Positions 27,023 to 35,220 of a stretch of 51,123 bases of DNA are shown here, one piece after another. Origin of the DNA: Candidatus Chisholmbacteria bacterium RIFCSPLOWO2_01_FULL_49_14 (lineage in GTDB: Bacteria > Patescibacteriota > Microgenomatia > UBA1400 > Chisholmbacteraceae). The DNA lies in NCBI GenBank assembly GCA_001816915.1, contig MHCL01000023.1:1-51123 (forward strand). The letters are read 5' to 3'. Position 1 is the first letter of the stretch. Each line of letters starts with the position of its first letter. Position numbers and translations under genes: made by a program. Under the pieces are notes generated by a model, which had not been told where the DNA came from, made no database searches, and saw only the letters and a list, made by a program, of their open reading frames with translations.

Positions 27023-29419
27023 CTATTTTAACGCAATCTTTAGAACTTCATCCATGTGGGAGACGAAGTGAAAGGTTAAATCCTTTTTAACGGGGTCGGG
27101 AACTTCAACCAAATCTTTCTTGTTGTCTTTCGGAAGGATCAATTCCTTCAAACCCGCGCGGTGCGCGGCGATGACTTTCTCTTTGACGCCGCCGATTTCC
27201 AAGACCCTTCCCCGCAAGGTGACTTCGCCGGTCATCCCGACTTCCCTCCTCGTCGGCCGTTTGGTGAGCGCCGAAACCAGAGCGGTGGTGATGGTGACGC
27301 CCGCAGAGGGCCCGTCTTTCGGTACCGCCCCTTCGGGTACGTGAATGTGCACGTCGATTGATTTATGGAAATTCTGCTTCAACTTGAGATGCTGCCAACG
27401 GGAACGGACATAGGAAACCGCCGCCTGTCCGGATTCCTTCATCACTTCGCCCAATTGACCGGTCAAGATGAGCTTTCCTCTCCCCGGCATAAGCGCCACC
27501 TCAACAAAGAGGATGTCGCCTCCGGCCTGAGTCCAAGCAAGTCCGGTCGCCAAACCCACCTCATCACGTTTTTCCGCCAAGGTTTCGCTGAATTTCTCCG
27601 GACCGAGATATTCATTGACGCTCGTCTTGGTGACCGTAACTTTTCCTCGTTTGCCTTCCGCAATCCTGCGGGCAATTTTACGGCTCACTTTTGCCAATTC
27701 CCGCTCCAAGTTGCGGACCCCAGCCTCTCTCGTGTAGCGCTTGATGATGTGTCTCAGGGTAACAGCCTGAATCTCAACTTGCTTCTCCGTCAAGCCATTG
27801 GCGGTGAGGACCTTGCGGATCAGATGACTTTTGGCGATGTGGTATTTTTCATCTTCCGTATACCCGGCGAAACGGATGACTTCGAGCCTGTCCCGCAGGG
27901 CCGGCGGGATGGTGTCCAAGACGTTGGCCGTGGTGATGAACATCACCTCAGAGAGATCAAAGGAGACCTCCAAATAGTGGTCGGAGAAGTCTTTGTTCTG
28001 TTCGGGATCGAGGGCTTCCAGAAGAGCAGCCGACGGATCTCCGCGAAAATCGGCTCCCACCTTATCGATTTCGTCGAGCATGAAGACCGGGTTCTTACTT
28101 CCCGTGGTGCGAATCCCTTGGATGATCCTGCCCGGCAAGGCTCCGACGTAGGTTCTTCGATGTCCCCTGATCTCCGCCTCATCGCGGATTCCTCCCAGAG
28201 AGATCTTAATGAATTTGCGACCCAGCGATTTTGCGATGGAACGGCCGATTGACGTCTTGCCGACTCCCGGAGGACCGACAAAACAAAGGATTGTCGGAAT
28301 GGAACGATCAGTTTTCAGTTCACCGTCTTCCGTTTCCTTTCCGGCCGTCTTTTTGGCTGCGGGTTTCATCGCCTTGATTTTTAAGACCGCGAGATATTCG
28401 AGTATCCGTTCTTTGACTTCCTTCAAACCGTAGTGATCGGCCTCCAGAACCTTTTGCGCGCTTTTCATCAAGACATTGTTTTCACTGCGTATGCTCCACG
28501 GCATGTCCACGATGGTTTCGAGCCAGGTTCGAATGTATCCAGACTCCGGGTTGTGCGCCGACATTTGAGAGAGGCGGGCGAGCTCCTTTTCCGCTTTTTC
28601 CCTGGCTATTTTCGGCATTTTGGCTTCGATGATCTTTTTCTTTAATTCTTTGACCTCCTCATCCTCTTCCGTTTCCTCCCCCAATTCCTTTTGGATGGTT
28701 TTCATCCGTTCCCGCAGAACCGCTTCCCGCATGCTTTTATCGAATTTCTTTTGTGTTTTTGTGGCTATCTTGCGTTCGATCTCCAGGACTTTTATTTCGT
28801 GCGTCAGATAATCGAGGGTTTTTTCGAGACGCTCACGAACGTTGAGCATTTCCAAGAGACCTTGTTTTTCGTGAGTTTTGATATCAAGAGAGGAGGCAAT
28901 CTGATCGGCCAGTTCGGAGGCTTTGACATCTCCCATGAGCTTCATGAAGCTTAAGAATTCCACCGATTTTCCCAGATTGACGGCTTTTTTGAACTCATTT
29001 GCCAGATGTTTGCAGATGGCCTCCACCTCTCTGGAATCTTCCGAAATCTCCGGAAGCGAAGAGACTTCCGCCTGAAAGTAATCGCCGCCGGTCTCGACGT
29101 TGACAATTCTTACACGGCTCACGCCTTTGACGATGGCGTTGATCTCGCCGTCGGATTTGAGCGTTCGTTCGATCAGGCTTAAGGTGCCGATTTTATAGAG
29201 GTGTTCCGGCAGAGGATCGGAGATCGTGGAATTTTTCTGGGTGACGAAGACGACTTGACGGTTCGTTTCAAAGGCGACCGTGACGCCGGCGACTGATTTT
29301 TTCCTGCCGAAGACCAACACCTGCTCCGTGTGGGGAAAGACGACTCCCTCGCGAATAGCTACCAGCGGAAGCCGATTGGTTGAATCGCTTCCCGTTTGTC
29401 TGTTCAGTAGTACAGCCAT
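27023..29419 (-). CDS. lon: ATP-dependent protease La
   Basis: GPPGVGKTS, DEAEIRGHRRTYVGA, LDEIDK, PKDGPSAG (catalytic Ser), IGGVKEK. Confidence 0.98.
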   Translation of the reverse strand: MAVLLNRQTGSDSTNRLPLVAIREGVVFPHTEQVLVFGRKKSVAGVTVAFETNRQVVFVTQKNSTISDPLPEHLYKIGTLSLIERTLKSDGEINAIVKGVSRVRIVNVETGGDYFQAEVSSLPEISEDSREVEAICKHLANEFKKAVNLGKSVEFLSFMKLMGDVKASELADQIASSLDIKTHEKQGLLEMLNVRERLEKTLDYLTHEIKVLEIERKIATKTQKKFDKSMREAVLRERMKTIQKELGEETEEDEEVKELKKKIIEAKMPKIAREKAEKELARLSQMSAHNPESGYIRTWLETIVDMPWSIRSENNVLMKSAQKVLEADHYGLKEVKERILEYLAVLKIKAMKPAAKKTAGKETEDGELKTDRSIPTILCFVGPPGVGKTSIGRSIAKSLGRKFIKISLGGIRDEAEIRGHRRTYVGALPGRIIQGIRTTGSKNPVFMLDEIDKVGADFRGDPSAALLEALDPEQNKDFSDHYLEVSFDLSEVMFITTANVLDTIPPALRDRLEVIRFAGYTEDEKYHIAKSHLIRKVLTANGLTEKQVEIQAVTLRHIIKRYTREAGVRNLERELAKVSRKIARRIAEGKRGKVTVTKTSVNEYLGPEKFSETLAEKRDEVGLATGLAWTQAGGDILFVEVALMPGRGKLILTGQLGEVMKESGQAAVSYVRSRWQHLKLKQNFHKSIDVHIHVPEGAVPKDGPSAGVTITTALVSALTKRPTRREVGMTGEVTLRGRVLEIGGVKEKVIAAHRAGLKELILPKDNKKDLVEVPDPVKKDLTFHFVSHMDEVLKIALK

Positions 29420-29426
29420 AGAATAT

Positions 29427-29460
29427 TTAGCAGTATAAATTATGGAGTGCTAATTGTCAA
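29427..29460 (-). promoter_or_regulatory. CIRCE operator (HrcA site) overlapping the lon promoter
   Basis: TTAGCAGTA-N9-GAGTGCTAA at 29427-29453 (consensus TTAGCACTC-N9-GAGTGCTAA). Promoter TTGACA (29460-29455), 17 nt, TATACT (29437-29432). Confidence 0.88.
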
Positions 29461-29572
29461 CGGCTGAATTCCCTCTCTGATGTATTTCATTAAGACTCAT
29501 TAATCTTTCCAGGAAACTCTTGAGGAAGATCCTCTCCCATCGTAGCATACTCTGAATTTCTGAGGCAACCGC

Positions 29573-30025
29573 TTACTCCCCTTCTTTTTCCCGCGAGTCG
29601 AGGATGATGGTCACCGGACCGTCGTTTACAAGAGAAAGGCGCATGTACGCTCCGAAGTCTCCGGTTTGGATGGGTATGGCCGTTTCCCGCAGCCTCCGTA
29701 CTAACTCATCATAGAGCATGCGGGCAAGATCTGGCGGCGCCGCATCGATGAAGCTAGGACGATTGCCTTTTCTGGTACGGGCATAGAGCGTGAATTGCGA
29801 GACGACGAGAAGCTCACCGGCTACCTCTTTCAGCGATTTGTTCATCTTTCCGTCTTCATCGCTCATGACCCGCAAGTTGATTATCTTTTGGGATAGGTAG
29901 CGGGCGTCATCAAGCGTATCGGCGTGGGTTGCCGCGACCAGAACCAGGTATCCCTTGCCGATCGACCGCTGTTTGCCGCCGCTTGTGACACTCGCATGAT
30001 CAACACGCTGAATGACGGCTCGCAT
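29573..30025 (-). CDS. dtd: D-aminoacyl-tRNA deacylase
   Basis: MRAVIQRV, SQFTL, KGNRPSF, FGAYM, NDGPVT. Confidence 0.97.
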   Translation of the reverse strand: MRAVIQRVDHASVTSGGKQRSIGKGYLVLVAATHADTLDDARYLSQKIINLRVMSDEDGKMNKSLKEVAGELLVVSQFTLYARTRKGNRPSFIDAAPPDLARMLYDELVRRLRETAIPIQTGDFGAYMRLSLVNDGPVTIILDSREKEGE

Positions 30026-30027
30026 AG

Positions 30028-30594
30028 CTACATGGTCCTCATATTCGGGAAGATTACTGATGCCATTTTTCCGATGACAAAGCCGAGGACGGCAGCGGAG
30101 AGGGAGACTGTGACCATTTCGAAACCGCTTTGCAGGGGATTGGTTTGCGTGAGTTTGGCTTTTCCGACACCGACGAGAAACAAGGTGGTGATGGTCGCAA
30201 TAATCGAGACAAACAGCGCAGATTGAATCGGAAGGATGAGATACGGCACGATCGGTACTGCGCCGCCCATGATGTAGGCGACGCCCATGGCAAGCGCGTC
30301 TTTGGTCGGACCGCCTTTTTGATCATGGTTCAAACGGATGAACTTGTGGAGCGCATGTTTGGCTTTGCGGGCAAGATTTGCCTCTGCCTCGGATTTGTTG
30401 GAGAGGTACGTACCGGCAGCCATGGACAACGACTCGACAGCGACAAGTACAATACCCGACAAAATGATCACGAAGCGATCCTGTGTGCCTACAGCGATAC
30501 CGGTGATCACACCCAGCGTCGAAACCAGTCCGTCCTCGAGTCCGAAGATCACTTCGCGTATACGGGAGAGAATCATGCGTGTCAGGTTATCCAT
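30028..30594 (-). CDS. VIT1/CCC1 transporter family protein
   Basis: REVIFGLEDGLVS, SMAAGTYLS.KSE, GG.VP..PY. Confidence 0.92.
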   Translation of the reverse strand: MDNLTRMILSRIREVIFGLEDGLVSTLGVITGIAVGTQDRFVIILSGIVLVAVESLSMAAGTYLSNKSEAEANLARKAKHALHKFIRLNHDQKGGPTKDALAMGVAYIMGGAVPIVPYLILPIQSALFVSIIATITTLFLVGVGKAKLTQTNPLQSGFEMVTVSLSAAVLGFVIGKMASVIFPNMRTM

Positions 30595-30697
30595 TTTTAC
30601 ATCATTATACTTTTACCGTTCGTGTTGTTCCACAAGCAGAGGAACGTAGATTCCGGTTCATTTGCATGCGCGACCGATTTGCATTACTATAAAAGCA

Positions 30698-31297
30698 ATG
30701 GCGCAAACTATCGTCGGAAGGTTAGAGGAACATAATCAGCAAATACAGGCGCTGTCGCCCACCGAAGAGTCTCTTTCGCAAGTCCCCGATGATTCGGCCC
30801 TACCGGTCACGACCTTTCTTTCATTGAGCATCTTTATTTTCTTTTTTGTGGTGGTTTTCTTGGGTTTCTTGCCTTTGGTCATTGAACGCTTCCGCGATTT
30901 CAAACGCTTCCAAATGGCGCTTCTGGTCGCCTTTGTGGCCGGAGCCATACCGTTGACGATGGGCATGGTTTTGCAGCGGAGCGGAGTATTAACCAAGGCG
31001 TCAGTATTGGAAACCCCGCAAGATGTCCAAGTTTCGGGTATCAGCACGGAGTCCTTCCGCGTGACTTGGGAAACAACCGATACGCAATACGGGGCGCTGC
31101 GATACGGCAATGAACCCTTCAGCGAAGCACTGGAACAGACGGCTCTGGAGGTCGGGGGGCTGCAGCGCACCAATGAACATTCGGTGGTCGTTAAGAACCT
31201 TGAGCCGGATACCGATTACTACTTTGAACTTCTTTCCGGAGCCCATTGGTTTGATCAGGGCGGGGTTCTCCTCTCCGTCCATACGCTTGCCGATTAG
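30698..31297 (+). CDS. Membrane protein with C-terminal fibronectin III / purple acid phosphatase N-terminal-like domain
   Basis: Two TM segments, then P.DV.VS.I...S..VTW.T, YG, H.V....L.P.T.YYF. Confidence 0.78.
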   Translation: MAQTIVGRLEEHNQQIQALSPTEESLSQVPDDSALPVTTFLSLSIFIFFFVVVFLGFLPLVIERFRDFKRFQMALLVAFVAGAIPLTMGMVLQRSGVLTKASVLETPQDVQVSGISTESFRVTWETTDTQYGALRYGNEPFSEALEQTALEVGGLQRTNEHSVVVKNLEPDTDYYFELLSGAHWFDQGGVLLSVHTLAD

Positions 31298-31390
31298 CGT
31301 ACGTTTTCACGCAAAGATACCCCGCATTAGGGACTCGCTTCATGCGTTCGTAGTCCGTTATAGATTTCAGAGAGAGATGCGATTTAAAGT

Positions 31391-31756
31391 TTACTTCAGA
31401 GCGGCAAGGGCTTCAGCGGCCACTTTTTGCGGGGTATATTGCTGTTTGCTCATGAAGGCAAGGGCGCCGAGCTTGATCGCCTTCTTGGGATTGTCTCCTT
31501 GGTCAAAGTTGCTGACGATGATGACCGGAATCGACTTGGTCTCCGCATCAGATTTTAAATCCTTGAGAACGGAGAGGCCGATTTTTTCCGGCAAGATGAC
31601 ATCCATGAGAATCATATCCGGCTTTTCCAGTTTGGCCATTTCAAATCCCATTTTTCCGTCGGTCGCGACGACGACCTGCGCGCCGAGGAGTTCGAGTTCC
31701 GTTTTATAGAGCTTTAGGAGGTTGCGGTCGTCTTCTACCAAGAGTAATTTGGCCAT
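31391..31756 (-). CDS. Single-domain response regulator
   Basis: LLVEDD, PDMILMDVILP, IPVIIVSN, GA..F..K. Confidence 0.93.
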   Translation of the reverse strand: MAKLLLVEDDRNLLKLYKTELELLGAQVVVATDGKMGFEMAKLEKPDMILMDVILPEKIGLSVLKDLKSDAETKSIPVIIVSNFDQGDNPKKAIKLGALAFMSKQQYTPQKVAAEALAALK

Positions 31757-31825
31757 ATTTTTCCTTTCAGCATCGATATGAATTCGGGTTCTCCTATTCA
31801 GCGTAGCATACCTTCTTGCCGGCTT

Positions 31826-33484
31826 TCAACTCTTTGGGGCCGGCAGGGTAAAAGAGAAGGTTGAGCCTTTGCCCAACGCCGACTCACCCCAAATCTTTCC
31901 GCCATGGGCTTCGACGATACCCTTGGCGATCACCAATCCCAAACCGGTGCCTTCCGCGGTTCTTGTCTTATTTGACTCAAGCTGGCCGAATTTTGAGAAT
32001 AGGCGACCCAAATCTTTCTCCTCAATTCCGGGACCGGTATCGCTAACCGTGATTTTCAAACCTTTATCCTCCTGGACCAACGCGATCTCCACCTTCCCAT
32101 TTTGGGTAAACTTTATAGCGTTTGATACCAGATTGGTAATGACCTGGCCGATGCGGACCGGATCAAAAGTCGCCAAGACCACCTTATCAGGTACTTTGGT
32201 CTCCAGCGACAACCCTTTTTCGACTGCCAGAGCTTGGAATTCTTTTGCCTTGTGAAGAATGAGGTCCGCCATGTTCGTTTCTCTGGGGGAGATTTGGAAT
32301 TTCCCGGCTTCGATTTTTGCGACATCCAAGAGGTCGGTGACAATGGCCAGCATATCCTTGGCGCTGTCTTCGATCATATGGAGGTAATCCGTCTGCTTCT
32401 CTTTGGGAAAATCCTTTTCATGTTCCCGGAGCGCCGAACTGGCGCCGCGCACCGCGGTCAACGGCGAGCGAAGTTCGTGAACCATCATAGCCGTGAAATC
32501 TTCCCGCAGCCGTTCGAGCTCTTTTTCCTTGGAAATATCATGCAGGGCGACGACCGCGCCGATCAACTGTCCGCGCCGGTCCTTGACGGGAGAAACAAAG
32601 GCTTTGAGCACACGGTCATCCATGACGATTTCATCGGTAACCACCAATCCGTCTTTCTTCCTGGCTTCGTCGATTTTGGCTTTGAGGTCAAACTTCTGCT
32701 TCCAGGCATCAAGTACGGAAAAAATCGATGGCTCCGGTTCGCCGAGGTGTAAAAATTCCTTGGCGGCAGGATTGATGATTGATAGCTTGGTTTCATTATC
32801 AACCATGATGACGCCTTCGGACATCGATTCCACCATCGCCGACAGTTTTCCCTTCTCTGTTTCCAAGACGTGTTTCAATTTGGAGACCGCGGTTGAGGCT
32901 TGGGTGACGATTTTGTAAAGAATCGTCATCTCGTCTTCCTTGTAGAGGCCTTGGCCGGTCGAAGCGATGTTTAAGAGGCCCGCCAGCTTTTCGTTGATAA
33001 CGATCGGGATGTTAAAGAAGGACCCGACTAGACGCGGATTCTGGTCGTCGATGACGGTTCCGGTGTTTTCTTGGGTGAACGGACGCTCCCTGATCGTGGG
33101 TCCTCCGAGGGCTTCCAGAGACGCCAACATGTTGTCTTTGACCTGATTGATGAAGGTGCCGCCGACGGATTCTTCCAGGTGAATTTTGAAGATCAACTTT
33201 TCCTGGCTGACGAGCATCGAAGAGACAGCAGAGTAGGAAAAGAGTTTACCGATTGAATTGGCGATGATATCGACGATTTTGGCTTCATTCAACTCGTAGC
33301 CGAAGCGCTCCCCGAGCTCGCGCAGGATTTCGGATTCGTAGGCTTCCCGCTTGAGCTGCCCTTCCCGCTCACTGAGCTTCTCTTTGGAGCGCTTTTCGGA
33401 CCTCATTGAGGACGCCACCAGATATGCCGCTCCGGCCAAGAGACAGACGAAGAGAATTACCGCGATGAGGACAGGCAGTTCCAT
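31826..33484 (-). CDS. Sensor histidine kinase (TM, GAF, PAS, HisKA, HATPase)
   Basis: HELRSPL, NLVSNAIKF, DTGPGI, GTGLGL. Confidence 0.95.
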   Translation of the reverse strand: MELPVLIAVILFVCLLAGAAYLVASSMRSEKRSKEKLSEREGQLKREAYESEILRELGERFGYELNEAKIVDIIANSIGKLFSYSAVSSMLVSQEKLIFKIHLEESVGGTFINQVKDNMLASLEALGGPTIRERPFTQENTGTVIDDQNPRLVGSFFNIPIVINEKLAGLLNIASTGQGLYKEDEMTILYKIVTQASTAVSKLKHVLETEKGKLSAMVESMSEGVIMVDNETKLSIINPAAKEFLHLGEPEPSIFSVLDAWKQKFDLKAKIDEARKKDGLVVTDEIVMDDRVLKAFVSPVKDRRGQLIGAVVALHDISKEKELERLREDFTAMMVHELRSPLTAVRGASSALREHEKDFPKEKQTDYLHMIEDSAKDMLAIVTDLLDVAKIEAGKFQISPRETNMADLILHKAKEFQALAVEKGLSLETKVPDKVVLATFDPVRIGQVITNLVSNAIKFTQNGKVEIALVQEDKGLKITVSDTGPGIEEKDLGRLFSKFGQLESNKTRTAEGTGLGLVIAKGIVEAHGGKIWGESALGKGSTFSFTLPAPKS

Positions 33485-33517
33485 ACCTCTACCTTGCGCC
33501 AACCGGGACAGTACGAC

Positions 33518-33820
33518 TCAAGAAACACCCGGGACTTTGATCCAGGGACATTGCCGCAGCAGCGGTTGGAGCGTTTTGACGACAACTTTATTGGACAGAC
33601 CGACGAATTGATCGACGACCCCCTGAACAACTGCCTGCGGATCTCCTTCGATGGCCTCGACCTGACCTGTGTCCGCGACAGTCAATCCCGGCACGCCGCG
33701 CGCGATTTTGACCACCACGTGATCGTCAAGCACCTGATTGAGCTCCTGGAGCATGTCGGTGATAATTTGGCGGTACTGCTCGTTTGCTTTTTGCGCTGGT
33801 GTTGCGGAATTGCCGTTCAT
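33518..33820 (-). CDS. Conserved-looking hypothetical protein upstream of the histidine kinase
   Basis: 100-aa ORF overlapping the upstream stop (ATGA), co-oriented with the kinase and regulator. Confidence 0.7.
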   Translation of the reverse strand: MNGNSATPAQKANEQYRQIITDMLQELNQVLDDHVVVKIARGVPGLTVADTGQVEAIEGDPQAVVQGVVDQFVGLSNKVVVKTLQPLLRQCPWIKVPGVS

Positions 33821-34107
33821 ATTTGTTCCAAGCGTTTTTGAATTTCGCGATGAAAGTGCGGAAAGTAGCGGTCAATCATCGTGTAATCAAACTGCGCAAG
33901 GATCTCTTCTTTCGGTTCATTCTCCAGGAGGAATTCGAAGGCTTTTTCGATTAAGAGTTCCGGCTTCACATCTCCGTCGGTCGTGCGCTGATAATCGGCC
34001 CGATTGAGCGTCACCAAATGCTCGGTCTGCGATTTCTCCTCACTGACGACCACCTTGAATTTCATCAACTGGTTTTCCAGGACTTTAATCACCGTGATAT
34101 CGGCCAT
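33817..34107 (-). CDS. Conserved hypothetical protein
   Basis: T.H.VT, PE.LI..AF.FLLE.EP...IL..FD...I..YFP pattern. GGAGAAAGG SD. Confidence 0.72.
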   Translation of the reverse strand: MADITVIKVLENQLMKFKVVVSEEKSQTEHLVTLNRADYQRTTDGDVKPELLIEKAFEFLLENEPKEEILAQFDYTMIDRYFPHFHREIQKRLEQI

Positions 34108-34179
34108 ACCTTTCCTCCAGTATGGCATATTTCCGCCCGACTTGGCAAACCCCCCTCTATAGTATGATAGGTGTACTTT

Positions 34180-35046
34180 ATGAACGCGCACTCATCCTAC
34201 AAGGTCGGAAAAGCCGCCATCGTCGGGCGTCCGAATGTGGGCAAGTCCACGCTCCTCAATGCCTTAGTCCAGCACAAGGTGGCGATTGTCTCCGCCAAGC
34301 CGCAGACGACCCGATCCCAGATCGTGGCCTTCCTTGAAGACGAGCGGGGGCAAATCTTTTTTATCGATACGCCGGGTTTTTACGCGGCAAAGGCTGGAAC
34401 CAGCCAATATAACTCGCTGATCTCCCAGTCCATCGAAGAGGCAGACATTATCGTGTATCTGGTTGACCGCACACGGGATTGGGGGCAGGAGGAGGAGCGG
34501 ATCTGGAATCAGATTGAGGCGAGTGAAAAACCGGTGCTGTTGACGCTGAATAAAATTGACGTTTCACAGCCGGATTACTCCAGGAATTATTTGGCTCTTC
34601 TGGAAAAACGGGTCAAAGGCGTGGTCGCGCTTTCCGCACTGCAGGAGAAGAATTTAAAACCCCTTGTCGATGGGATTTTTTCTCTGCTTCCCAAAGGGAA
34701 GCGCGACAAGACCGTTGATTATTTCCCCTCTCCTTTAATTTCTCAATCGAGCCGGGATTGGCTGGCGGAGATCATCCGGGAAAAGGTGTACCGGTTAACC
34801 GGCCAGGAAGTTCCCTATCAGACAAGCGTTCGCGTTACCTCGATTGAAGAGCATGAAGAGACGAATACCATGGTGATCGAAGGCCAGATCATCGTTTCCA
34901 GTGAGCATTACAAACCGATGCTTATCGGACAGAAGGGGCAAAAAATAGAGCAGATCCGCAAAGCTGTACGCAGCGAGCTTGAGCTTGCAACCGACAAGAC
35001 AGTGCATGTACACCTCAAAGTCGTCACTCCCCGCGAAGTCGCATAG
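34180..35046 (+). CDS. era: GTPase Era
   Basis: GRPNVGKSTLLN, PQTTR, DTPG, NKID, EIIREK, EVPY, KH domain IG.KG..I. Confidence 0.96.
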   Translation: MNAHSSYKVGKAAIVGRPNVGKSTLLNALVQHKVAIVSAKPQTTRSQIVAFLEDERGQIFFIDTPGFYAAKAGTSQYNSLISQSIEEADIIVYLVDRTRDWGQEEERIWNQIEASEKPVLLTLNKIDVSQPDYSRNYLALLEKRVKGVVALSALQEKNLKPLVDGIFSLLPKGKRDKTVDYFPSPLISQSSRDWLAEIIREKVYRLTGQEVPYQTSVRVTSIEEHEETNTMVIEGQIIVSSEHYKPMLIGQKGQKIEQIRKAVRSELELATDKTVHVHLKVVTPREVA

Positions 35047-35065
35047 GTTTTTTCTTCGAGTCTTC

Positions 35066-35074
35066 TGGTAAAAT
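35066..35074 (+). promoter_or_regulatory. Extended -10 promoter for tRNA-Gln
   Basis: TGGTAAAAT (TGnTAnnnT) immediately upstream of the first tRNA 5' copy. Confidence 0.55.
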
Positions 35075-35081
35075 AGAACCA

Positions 35082-35159
35082 CATTGCGGGGTCGTCTTCC
35101 GATCCACTCGACTTTAGGTCGGTGATCGTGAATACTCGACAAGCATTGCGGGGTCGTCT
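35082..35159 (+). repeat. 16-bp direct repeat of the tRNA-Gln 5' end
   Basis: CATTGCGGGGTCGTCT at 35082-35097 and 35144-35159. Confidence 0.9.
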
Positions 35160-35220
35160 AATGGTAGGACACATCCCTCTGGAGGATGGTATCGGGGTTC
35201 GAATCCCTGCCCCGCAGCCA
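35147..35220 (+). tRNA. tRNA-Gln (CTG)
   Basis: TGCGGGG/CCCCGCA acceptor stem, anticodon arm CATCC-CTCTGGA-GGATG, GGTTCGAATCC, encoded CCA. Confidence 0.96.

Noticed and set aside
31320..31381. Hairpin between the FN3 gene and the response regulator
   Set aside because: Weak, irregular stem between convergent genes. At most a terminator.
61..33841. Numerous long antisense ORFs over secA, serS, lon and the kinase
   Set aside because: Shadow frames of GC-balanced coding genes with no motifs or start signals.
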